Below the pieces are notes generated by a model that saw only the letters and a list, made by a program, of their open reading frames with translations, was not told the origin of the DNA and searched no databases. This document shows, piece after piece, positions 38,857 through 47,203 of a DNA stretch of 64,000 nucleotides. Source of the stretch: Aulosira sp. ZfuVER01 (lineage in GTDB: Bacteria > Cyanobacteriota > Cyanobacteriia > Cyanobacteriales > Nostocaceae); the NCBI GenBank assembly GCA_034530615.2, contig JAVRCV020000068.1, positions 1-64,000 of the forward strand. Direction: 5' to 3'. The position numbers were made by a program, and so were the translations under genes. Every line of letters starts with the position of its first letter. Positions within the stretch are counted from its first letter, which is position 1.

Positions 38857-39150
38857 ACGAGACATGGCATTACATACCCCTATCGCTAGGATGTAGACAA
38901 AAAAATTTACCTAAAATCTGGGGATCGCGGGCAAGAGGTAGTGTATTTGATACCACATAACAACCTGCATATAGCGGCGATCGCCCTGTGGTCGATTACG
39001 TATAATTAGTTCGTCGTCAGGACTTTAGTCCTGGATTTTATAGCACTAAAATACAGACTCCTGGCCGTTGCGTAAAATATAAATGTTATATTCGCAACCA
39101 GTAATAAATCTTAATCAGAAAATTGTGCAAGTTGCTAACACTAAAGACTG

Positions 39151-39723
39151 ATGAGCATCATCATTTGCCCTGGAATCCATGAGCCAGAATTGACTGCAAG
39201 TTTTATCTCAGGGTGCTTAAATTTAAATTCTGATAGTTCAAGTACTACAGCAGCAGTAAATATACTAGTCTACCCAGAACAGGGTGTACTGACCCTATCG
39301 CCATTCCATATTTTACAATTTCTACACAATTGCTTGGGGAATGAGTTAGAATCGCCCGTGATCTTCATTAGTTTTAGCGCAGGTGTAGTCGGAGCAATGC
39401 TCGCGGCGAATTCATGGCGATTGTTAGGAGGTAATGTCAAAGCTTTTATTGCTATAGATGGATGGAGCGTGCCACTATGGGGTGATTTTCCCATTCATCG
39501 GATGAGTCATGATTATTTCACTCACTGGAGTTCATCTTTACTCGGTAGTGGGAAAAATAACTTTTATGCAGAACCAGCAGTTGACCATTTATCTATATGG
39601 CGATCGCCGCAAACCGTCCAAGGTTTTTGGGTAGATCCTTCTGAAGAATTTTACTCCAAAAGCGATCGCTTGAGTGCATGTGAATTCTTCCACCTGCTGT
39701 TGAAGCGCTATGAAGAAAAATAG
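39151..39723 (+). CDS. Conserved hypothetical protein, alpha/beta-hydrolase-like
   Basis: Nucleophile-elbow-like FISFSAGVVG, plus IAIDGW and SHDYFTHW motifs. Confidence 0.7.
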   Translation: MSIIICPGIHEPELTASFISGCLNLNSDSSSTTAAVNILVYPEQGVLTLSPFHILQFLHNCLGNELESPVIFISFSAGVVGAMLAANSWRLLGGNVKAFIAIDGWSVPLWGDFPIHRMSHDYFTHWSSSLLGSGKNNFYAEPAVDHLSIWRSPQTVQGFWVDPSEEFYSKSDRLSACEFFHLLLKRYEEK

Positions 39724-39903
39724 TCCGGAAAATTAAGTTGGCAAGCAGGAGTGAGAAATAGGGAAAACTCTACAATGGAGCAATAAAAATCAGGAAAATG
39801 AGGGGTATGAGGAAGAAAATGCTCCCTTGTCTCCCCCCTCTCCCTTGTCTCCCTCCTCTCTCTTTGTTCCCCATCTACCCTAGTCCCTATTACGAAGTAA
39901 CTA

Positions 39904-41166
39904 ATGTTTCCAACAGAACCTGCTGCTGTTAATAACGGGTTTGGCGCATTGCTGAAAAACCGTGCTTTTATGCTCCTGTGGATTGGGCAACTGGTTTCTC
40001 AGTTAGCAGATAAGGTCTTCTTCGTTTTGATGATTGCCTTGCTGGAGAACTACCCACCTCTGCCAGGATTGGCAGAAAGCTCAATGCACTCAACCTTGAT
40101 GGTAGTCTTTACAATACCGGCAATTTTGTTTGGTTCTGCGGGTGGTATCTTTGTTGACCGTTGGCCCAAAAAGCTAATTATGGTTGGCTCTGATGTAGTG
40201 AGAGGGTTATTGACGTTATTAATCCCGTTTTTACCAAGGGAATTTTTGTTATTATTAATACTCGTTTTTGCGATTTCTACTGTAACGCAGTTTTTTGCAC
40301 CTGCGGAACAGGCTGCTATTCCCTTGTTGGTGCAACGAGAAAATTTAATGGCAGCCAATGCCCTGTTTAGCAGCACAATGATGGGGGCGCTCATAGTTGG
40401 CTTCGCAGTGGGAGAGCCGATTTTGAGTTGGGCAAAAAGCTTCCTAGGAGAACAGTACGGTCAAGAGATTATAGTTACTGCATTATATTTTTTATCAGCT
40501 GCAATTATGCAGCCAATTAAATTTAGAGAACACCGATCTCCTGGAGAGCATCAATCTTCAGGTAAACCTTGGGTTGAATTTACAGAAAGTTTGCGCTATT
40601 TGAAGAAAAACCGTTTGGTATTGAATGCCATGCTGCAACTAGTGACTTTGTATTGCGTGTTTGCAGCATTAACAGTACTGACAATTAGATTAGCAGAGGA
40701 TTTTGGCTTAAAAGAGAAACAGTTTGGCTTTTTCTTGGCAGCAGCTGGGGTAGGTATGGTACTCGGTGCAGGCATTTTAGGACACTGGGGTGTGAAGTTC
40801 CATCACAAGCCTTTACCCTTAATCGGATTTTTGATGATGTCCTTGGTTTTAGGGGTATTCACTTTTACCCATAATTTGTTATTGGCGCTCTTACTTTGTG
40901 CCTTATTGGGTGTAGGTGCTTCCTTAATTGGCGTGCCGATGCAAACTTTAATTCAACAACAAGCACCTCCTAATATGCACGGTAAAGTTTTTGGCTTTCA
41001 AAATCATGCTGTCAATATTGCTCTTTCCTTACCTCTGGCAATTACTGGCCCATTAACTGATATTCTAGGTTTGCGTGTTGTACTTGTCGCTATGAGCCTG
41101 ATAGTTGCGGCTGTCGGTGTTTGGGCTTGGCAAAATACCCGTCGCGTGTTGCAGGACGTACTTTAA
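39904..41166 (+). CDS. MFS transporter
   Basis: About 12 TM helices, FMLLWIGQLVSQLAD and GIFVDRWPKK motif A. Confidence 0.92.
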   Translation: MFPTEPAAVNNGFGALLKNRAFMLLWIGQLVSQLADKVFFVLMIALLENYPPLPGLAESSMHSTLMVVFTIPAILFGSAGGIFVDRWPKKLIMVGSDVVRGLLTLLIPFLPREFLLLLILVFAISTVTQFFAPAEQAAIPLLVQRENLMAANALFSSTMMGALIVGFAVGEPILSWAKSFLGEQYGQEIIVTALYFLSAAIMQPIKFREHRSPGEHQSSGKPWVEFTESLRYLKKNRLVLNAMLQLVTLYCVFAALTVLTIRLAEDFGLKEKQFGFFLAAAGVGMVLGAGILGHWGVKFHHKPLPLIGFLMMSLVLGVFTFTHNLLLALLLCALLGVGASLIGVPMQTLIQQQAPPNMHGKVFGFQNHAVNIALSLPLAITGPLTDILGLRVVLVAMSLIVAAVGVWAWQNTRRVLQDVL

Positions 41167-41347
41167 CCGATACAAAGTAATAACATTAAATACATCAAGT
41201 TTTCCTAGAAGGACGGGGTTTTAGACCCGGATTTTTGATAAGCACCTATAAAAAATAGAAATATCCGTAAGGATTTAATTAAACTTTTCTATTAAAATGA
41301 AATCTTAACTACAGAATCCAAGCATTAACTTAGCTATTCTCAGAGGT

Positions 41348-43249
41348 TTGACAGTGCGATCGCCAACCCGAATCAGTCCCCCCCAAACCGAGAATCATAC
41401 CCAGCCTAATACGACTATCGAAACCGTCGTAGTAACCCCTAAACGGGCATCCGGCGGTTTTGCTCTCCTTGACAGCCTCCAGCGCCACGGTGTTGAGTAT
41501 ATTTTTGGTTATCCCGGTGGAGCAATTCTGCCAATTTACGATGACCTTTACAAAGTGGAAGCGACTGGTAGCATTAAGCACATCCTTGTGAGACACGAAC
41601 AAGGTGCATCTCATGCTGCTGACGGCTATGCCCGTGCTACAGGTAAGGTAGGAGTGTGCTTTGGTACTTCGGGTCCCGGGGCGACTAACTTGGTAACAGG
41701 TATCGCCACCGCCTATATGGACTCGATTCCGATGATTGTGGTCACAGGGCAAGTACCACGGGCCTCAATTGGTACGGATGCGTTTCAAGAAACTGATATT
41801 TATGGAATTACCTTGCCAATTGTCAAACACTCTTATGTAGTGCGCGATCCAAAAGATATGGCACGGATTGTGGCTGAAGCGTTCCACATCGCTAGCACAG
41901 GACGCCCAGGCCCAGTTTTAATTGATGTTCCTAAAGATGTAGCTTTAGAAGAATTTGACTATGTACCTGTGGAACCAGGTTCGGTGAAATTACCTGGCTA
42001 TCGTCCTACAGTCAAGGGGAATCCACGGCAGATCAACGCCGCCATCCAGTTAATCAAGGAAAGTAGCCGACCGCTATTGTATGTCGGTGGGGGTGCGATC
42101 GCTGCTGGGGCACATGAAGAAGTTCAAGAACTAGCTGAGTTATTTAATATTCCCGTCACTACCACTTTGATGGGTATCGGTGTGTTTGACGAACATCATC
42201 CCCTAGCCTTGGGTATGTTGGGGATGCACGGCACAGCCTATGCTAACTTTGCTGTGACTGATTGTGACTTGTTGATCTGCGTTGGCGCGAGATTTGATGA
42301 CCGCGTAACTGGGAAGTTAGATGAATTTGCCTCCAAGGCAAAAGTCATTCACATCGACATCGATCCCGCAGAAGTTGGTAAAAACCGCGTTCCCGAAGTA
42401 CCCATTGTTGGTGACGTGCGCAATGTCTTAGTTGACTTGTTACGGCGCTGCAAACAAACAGGTACAAAGGCTAAACCCAACCAAAACCAAGAGTGGTTAA
42501 ACCTAATTAACCGCTGGCGGGAAGAATATCCCTTGATAGTGCCCCAGCATCCTGACAGTATCTCACCCCAAGAGGTAATTGTCGAAATTGGTCGCCAAGC
42601 ACCCCACGCTTTCTACACTACAGATGTAGGTCAACATCAAATGTGGGCAGCGCAATTCCTCAAAAATGGCCCCCGACGCTGGATTTCCAGTGCTGGTTTG
42701 GGAACAATGGGCTTTGGCGTCCCGGCGGCAATGGGTGCGAAAGTGGCGTTTCCGGATGAAGAAGTTATTTGTATCAGTGGCGATGCCAGTTTCCAAATGT
42801 GTTTGCAAGAATTGGGCACACTTGCACAATATGGCATCAATGTCAAGACTGTAATTCTCAATAACGGCTGGCAGGGAATGGTACGCCAGTGGCAGCAAGC
42901 CTTCTATGGTGAGCGTTATTCCTGCTCGAATATGGAAGTAGGAATGCCAGATATTGAGTTTTTAACCAAAGCCTATGGTATTAAAGGCATGGTGATTAGC
43001 AAACGGGAAGAACTCCAAGATGCGATCGCTGAAATGCTGGCACACAATGGCCCGGTAGTTGTCGATGTGCGCGTTACCAGAGATGAAAACTGCTATCCAA
43101 TGGTAGCTCCAGGTAAGAGCAATGCCCAAATGATTGGCTTACCCAAGCAACCGCCAACAACTGCTACAGAACCAGTTTATTGTAACCACTGCGGCACGAA
43201 AAACCTGCCCACCTACAACTTCTGTTCTGAGTGTGGCAATAAACTCTGA
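41348..43249 (+). CDS. ilvB: Acetolactate synthase large (catalytic) subunit
   Basis: [33 protein letters not shown] and ThDP motif GDASF...NN. C-terminal CNHC/CSEC. Confidence 0.96.
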   Translation: MTVRSPTRISPPQTENHTQPNTTIETVVVTPKRASGGFALLDSLQRHGVEYIFGYPGGAILPIYDDLYKVEATGSIKHILVRHEQGASHAADGYARATGKVGVCFGTSGPGATNLVTGIATAYMDSIPMIVVTGQVPRASIGTDAFQETDIYGITLPIVKHSYVVRDPKDMARIVAEAFHIASTGRPGPVLIDVPKDVALEEFDYVPVEPGSVKLPGYRPTVKGNPRQINAAIQLIKESSRPLLYVGGGAIAAGAHEEVQELAELFNIPVTTTLMGIGVFDEHHPLALGMLGMHGTAYANFAVTDCDLLICVGARFDDRVTGKLDEFASKAKVIHIDIDPAEVGKNRVPEVPIVGDVRNVLVDLLRRCKQTGTKAKPNQNQEWLNLINRWREEYPLIVPQHPDSISPQEVIVEIGRQAPHAFYTTDVGQHQMWAAQFLKNGPRRWISSAGLGTMGFGVPAAMGAKVAFPDEEVICISGDASFQMCLQELGTLAQYGINVKTVILNNGWQGMVRQWQQAFYGERYSCSNMEVGMPDIEFLTKAYGIKGMVISKREELQDAIAEMLAHNGPVVVDVRVTRDENCYPMVAPGKSNAQMIGLPKQPPTTATEPVYCNHCGTKNLPTYNFCSECGNKL

Positions 43250-43318
43250 AGAGTACTGAGTATTTTTTACTTTATTCAGCACTGAGTTCGGTAAATTTTA
43301 GAATTTAGAGATTTAGAT

Positions 43319-43349
43319 ACGCAGGGGATTATATCCTCTGCGTTTTTTT
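43319..43349 (+). terminator. Intrinsic terminator after ilvB
   Basis: ACGCAGGGGAT-TAT-ATCCTCTGCGT followed by TTTTTT. Confidence 0.75.
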
Positions 43350-43467
43350 GTGGAAAAATTTCCGTAAAAATCACAGATGTGTGTTTTTCTTGATTTTTTT
43401 GGGAATCCTAAGTCTCAGGAAAAAAGATTGGCTTTCCCATCAATCACGGAACTTTGAAAGGATAGTT

Positions 43468-43932
43468 ATGTTACAGCGTAAGTGGGCCAACAGAAGCAAC
43501 AGTTCAGTCGCCTTAGAACCAGAAGTAGCGATCGCAGTCATTGGACTGTTTTCCGCAGCATCTGATGATGAAGGTGTCAGCAGAACCGAAGAATTTGCTT
43601 TGAGTGAAATGCTAGCTGGTATTTCTCAATTTGAAGATTTCTCTGAGCGAGACTTTGAAGAATTGACACAGAAAGTCTATGACTTGCTAGAGGAAGAAGA
43701 ACCAGAGGATGTCATTGAGCAGGCGATCGCTTCTTTGCCAGATGAAGAATATCGAGAAGCAGCTTACATTACCGCACTGTTGGTAGTCGGGATTGACGGT
43801 GAAGTACCCGACAGCGAACAGGATTATATATCTGAGCTTCAGGACGCCTTAAATATTACCAACAGGCGCGCGCAACAGATCATAGACCACATCTTTGGAG
43901 AAGATGATGAAGATGAGTACGAGGATGAATAA
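43468..43932 (+). CDS. TerB-family (tellurite resistance-like) acidic protein
   Basis: AIAVIGLFSAASD..EE and AY..A..V..IDGEVPDSEQ..I..LQ.AL pattern. ATG 43468 lies downstream of the ilvB terminator and has an AAGGA SD. Confidence 0.75.
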   Translation: MLQRKWANRSNSSVALEPEVAIAVIGLFSAASDDEGVSRTEEFALSEMLAGISQFEDFSERDFEELTQKVYDLLEEEEPEDVIEQAIASLPDEEYREAAYITALLVVGIDGEVPDSEQDYISELQDALNITNRRAQQIIDHIFGEDDEDEYEDE

Positions 43933-44022
43933 CTCTTTTTATGCTTCAATTCCCGATCTTGTAAGCTGGGTTACTTGATATCGGGCAAAACTTTTATCTC
44001 TACAATTGCAGAATCAATCAAC

Positions 44023-44061
44023 AGCTCATGATGGCTTAAAACTGCTAATCATGAGCTTTTT
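44023..44061 (+). terminator. Intrinsic terminator after the TerB-family gene
   Basis: AGCTCATGAT...ATCATGAGCT followed by TTTT. Confidence 0.6.
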
Positions 44062-44091
44062 GTTGGAAAAATCTAACTCTTGCAGAGGCTA

Positions 44092-44192
44092 ATACCATTT
44101 TGGATTTTAGATTTTGGATTTTGGATTGGGGATTGCTTTCTATGTCTCGCTTGTGGGAATCCATCTGTTGCATTTTTTTTTCAAATTGGTAT
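44092..44192. mobile_element. MITE-like element related to 1950-2044
   Basis: ATACCATTT ... AATTGGTAT termini, TTTTGGA heptamers and a shared 3' end. Confidence 0.6.
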
Positions 44193-44195
44193 AAG

Positions 44196-44657
44196 TCAAG
44201 AAATCTCATCAAAAGACTTGAGATCTGGAGCCACCCAACTTTGACGAGCTTTCCAAGACATGATTAACTCGTGACTGTAGTATTCATAAAATAGAGTTTT
44301 TCGCTCTCCATAAGTAGAGATAAAGTCATTGATCGATGCTGAGATAGAAGCTTTGTTATTGGCAGCAGCGAGGAAACGACAGGCGATCGCAATCCAAAAC
44401 AAAGTCAAAGTTTCATGATACCCACTGTTAATGGTAGTGACGATACCGTTGCACTGGTTGTAATGTTGAATTCCTGTACGGATACGTGCTATTGCTTCTG
44501 CTTGAGAGTACATAAATAAATACCACACAGCAATGGTGAGGTGAGCAGCATGGTTCCACTCACTTCGAGGCAATGTACAGGCTTCAAATTGCTGTACTAT
44601 CCTAACTACATCCTCATCAGTTTGGTAGAAGACAGCTTTAGCCTTGCTTTGATTCAT
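44196..44657 (-). CDS. Conserved hypothetical protein (HxxH ... YHET motifs)
   Basis: 153 aa with FEACTLP..WNHAAHL, GYHETLT.FW and YYS....S..AR..WV.PD. Confidence 0.75.
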   Translation of the reverse strand: MNQSKAKAVFYQTDEDVVRIVQQFEACTLPRSEWNHAAHLTIAVWYLFMYSQAEAIARIRTGIQHYNQCNGIVTTINSGYHETLTLFWIAIACRFLAAANNKASISASINDFISTYGERKTLFYEYYSHELIMSWKARQSWVAPDLKSFDEIS

Positions 44658-45342
44658 GACAATTTTGAATTTTAAGTAAAAGGCAGTCTCTATTAACTCG
44701 TGACTCAGAACTATTTCAACTTAATTCCAATGAAATATGCTCTGCGATGCTCCTCAAGATTTAAGTTATGAATTTGACCACATAAGAGGTCAATCTTTGG
44801 ATAACTCTCGAAATTTATCTCTTTAGTGAGATGTTAATGATTATTATCCTTTTAAAGGATATCTTGTAGCGTTCAAGGAGAAAAATTCTATCCTTAAATT
44901 ACTAAGAATAGAAACTAAAGATAGATAAAAATATTGCTAATTTTACTTAGAATTTATTAGGTTATTTTATGCAACTGCTTAGGATAGTTTTAACTTAATA
45001 TTTTGTTATCAAAAAAATTATCAAATATCCTTCGCTTTACCAAAACTATACTCAAGCTTAGTGTATTGATAAACTGCTATGAACTTAGCAGATAGTTGCT
45101 GCAATCTGAGTTTTAATTAGATTGATAGCCTGATAACTGCTTTATTGTGCCGCAGTTGTATCTTTCATAAAAGAGCTATGATTGGCCGTAGCAGTCATTT
45201 CACAATTAGGCTGTTAATTTTGAGTGCGATCGCTCACAAAATACTTTATTTAGCCACAAACCTTTAGACTACCACTATAGAGGTAAATATAGTAGTAAAT
45301 CTTTCAACTATGTAAAGTTTGCTGGTAAATTTTATTATTAGC

Positions 45343-45370
45343 TTGACACAGTGTGTGGCAGTAGTAAAAT
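45343..45370 (+). promoter_or_regulatory. Sigma70-type promoter for mgtE
   Basis: TTGACA (45343-45348), 16 nt spacer, TAAAAT (45365-45370). Implies a leader of about 250 nt. Confidence 0.6.
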
Positions 45371-45389
45371 CTACTCTTATTAAACGAAA

Positions 45390-45628
45390 AATCAGGGCGA
45401 TGAGTTAGTTACTTGTGTGGAATGCCACAGTTCTGCACACTTAAACTTTGCATCTATTCGGATAACGCCATTCCGGGTTAGTATATATGACTTAGCGATG
45501 CCTGATTGGATATCGATATTGAATTGTTGAATTTTATGGACCATAGTCCACAAGACGGTAGTATCAACCTCCTCTGAGCTGGCGAGACAGTCTCCCAGCG
45601 CGGGGGAGACCATTAGGAGGGAGGTATT
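45390..45628 (+). promoter_or_regulatory. Candidate structured 5' leader (possible riboswitch) of mgtE
   Basis: Stems AATCAGG/CCTGATT and TGAGTTA/TGACTTA, alternative hairpins around GTCTCCC, and an anti-SD ACCTCCTC. Confidence 0.45.
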
Positions 45629-46981
45629 ATGCTCATGCAAGATGCGCACAATTCCATTGTTGGGGTTGCGGACTTAAATCAACTCAAATGGGATTTGAAT
45701 AATTTGCAACCCGTTGATGTTGGTGAATACATTACAAATTTGCCTACAAATGAACGAGCGATCGCATTTCGTCTGCTCAATAAAGCTCAGGCAATTGATG
45801 TTTTTGAATATCTACCGACAGAGGTACAAGAAGAACTAATAAATTCTCTCCATGATGTTCAAGTAGTGCAACTTGTGGAGGCCATGAGTCCTGATGAAAG
45901 GGCAGAATTATTTGACGAATTACCAGCTGGAGTAATTAAACGGTTATTACAAGAATTAAGTCCAGAACAAAGACAAGCAACAGCAACAATTCTTGGCTAT
46001 CCCGAAGGTACGGCTGGACGGGTAATGACCACAGAATATGTCCGCTTGCGGGAAGGATTGACCGTCGGTGAAGCTCTTAGTAAAATTCGCCGTCAGGACG
46101 AAGATAAAGAGACAATTTACTATGCCTACGTCACAGACGATAACCGCACTTTGGTCAGGGTGGTTTCACTGCGCCAGCTATTATTTACCTTTCCTGATGT
46201 CTTAATTCGAGATATTGCTAGCGATCGCGTCATTAGAGTGAGGACAGAAACTCCTCAAGAAGAAGTCGCCCAAATCATGAAGCGCTATGACTTAATCGCT
46301 ATTCCGGTTGTGGACAGGGAAGACCGATTAGTTGGTATTGTCACAATTGATGACGTAGTCGATATTTTAGAAGAAGAAGCTACAGAAGATATTCAAAAAT
46401 TAGCAGGTGTGAGTGGTGATGAAGCAGCTTTGTCTCCTCCTGGAATTACTATTCGCAAACGCCTACCTTGGCTATTAGGAATTATGGCTCTTTATGTTGG
46501 CGCAGCCAGTGCGATCGCCCCTTTTCAATCTGTGATTTCCGCAGTACCAGTTTTAGCCGTCATTATGCCAATCTTTTCTAATACTGGTGGTACTGTTGGT
46601 ATTCAAGCATTGACAGTCACAATTCGGGGTTTGGGTGTAGGTGAAGTGACATCCAAAGATACGATGAAAATTCTCCGCAAAGAACTTTTTGCTGGTATAG
46701 GCACAGCAGTCGCTTTGTGCTTGACAATGATTATGCTTTCCTTGATTTGGGCCAGGCCTCAAGAGCGATGGGTAGCTTTAGTTGCAGGTGCAGTGATGGC
46801 AACGAATACTATTGTGGCTGTCACACTGGGAACTTTACTACCAATGGGTTTAAAGCGGCTGAACCTAGATCCTGCCCTAGTTAGCGGGCCTTTAGTCACC
46901 ACAATGCTAGATACAATTGGATTCCTCACCTTCCTCTCGTTAATTTCTATAGCTTTAAACGTATTGCATTTACCAACTTGA
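45629..46981 (+). CDS. mgtE: Magnesium transporter MgtE
   Basis: MgtE N domain, YPEGTAGRVMT, CBS pair (PVVD..RLVGIVTIDD) and TM domain with DPALVSGPLVTTMLD. Confidence 0.96.
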   Translation: MLMQDAHNSIVGVADLNQLKWDLNNLQPVDVGEYITNLPTNERAIAFRLLNKAQAIDVFEYLPTEVQEELINSLHDVQVVQLVEAMSPDERAELFDELPAGVIKRLLQELSPEQRQATATILGYPEGTAGRVMTTEYVRLREGLTVGEALSKIRRQDEDKETIYYAYVTDDNRTLVRVVSLRQLLFTFPDVLIRDIASDRVIRVRTETPQEEVAQIMKRYDLIAIPVVDREDRLVGIVTIDDVVDILEEEATEDIQKLAGVSGDEAALSPPGITIRKRLPWLLGIMALYVGAASAIAPFQSVISAVPVLAVIMPIFSNTGGTVGIQALTVTIRGLGVGEVTSKDTMKILRKELFAGIGTAVALCLTMIMLSLIWARPQERWVALVAGAVMATNTIVAVTLGTLLPMGLKRLNLDPALVSGPLVTTMLDTIGFLTFLSLISIALNVLHLPT

Positions 46982-47069
46982 AGAAAGCCAAGAGGCAGTT
47001 CTGATAAGAAAGCAGGGGAGCAGGGAGTGTGGGAAGGGTGGGGAGTGTGGGGAGACAAGGAGGACAAGA

Positions 47070-47160
47070 AATTTTAGATTTTAAATTTTGGATTTTAGAT
47101 TGAAATCCAATCCAAAATCGCAAATCCAAAATCCAAAATTGTTTCCAATGCCCAATGCCC
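47070..47160. repeat. Inverted STRR heptamer arrays between convergent genes
   Basis: TTTTAGA/TTTTGGA units followed by complementary TCCAAAA units, then CCAATGC repeats. Confidence 0.75.
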
Positions 47161-47203
47161 TTGCCTTTCGCCTTTTTATAAATGACACACGAAGCCCTGT
47201 AAT

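Noticed and set aside
41205..41241. GACGGGGTTTTAGACCC...GATAA, resembling an IS200/IS605-derived element end
   Set aside because: Short, single occurrence in the window and no partner end, so support is insufficient.
43348..43467. N-terminal extension of the TerB-family ORF
   Set aside because: Begins in the U-tract of the ilvB terminator. ATG 43468 has the SD.
44710..44832. Start-less 40-codon open frame on the minus strand (ending EEHRRAYFIGIKLK*)
   Set aside because: Could be a gene remnant, but I cannot assign any family and such frames arise by chance.
45390..45510. Known M-box or fluoride riboswitch upstream of mgtE
   Set aside because: No recognisable M-box core. GGCGATG...CGCC...ATGAC loosely echoes the fluoride motif but the spacing is far too long, so it is kept only as an unclassified candidate.
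45392..45649. 85-aa minus-strand ORF over the mgtE leader
   Set aside because: Overlaps the mgtE start in antisense and has no recognisable motifs.
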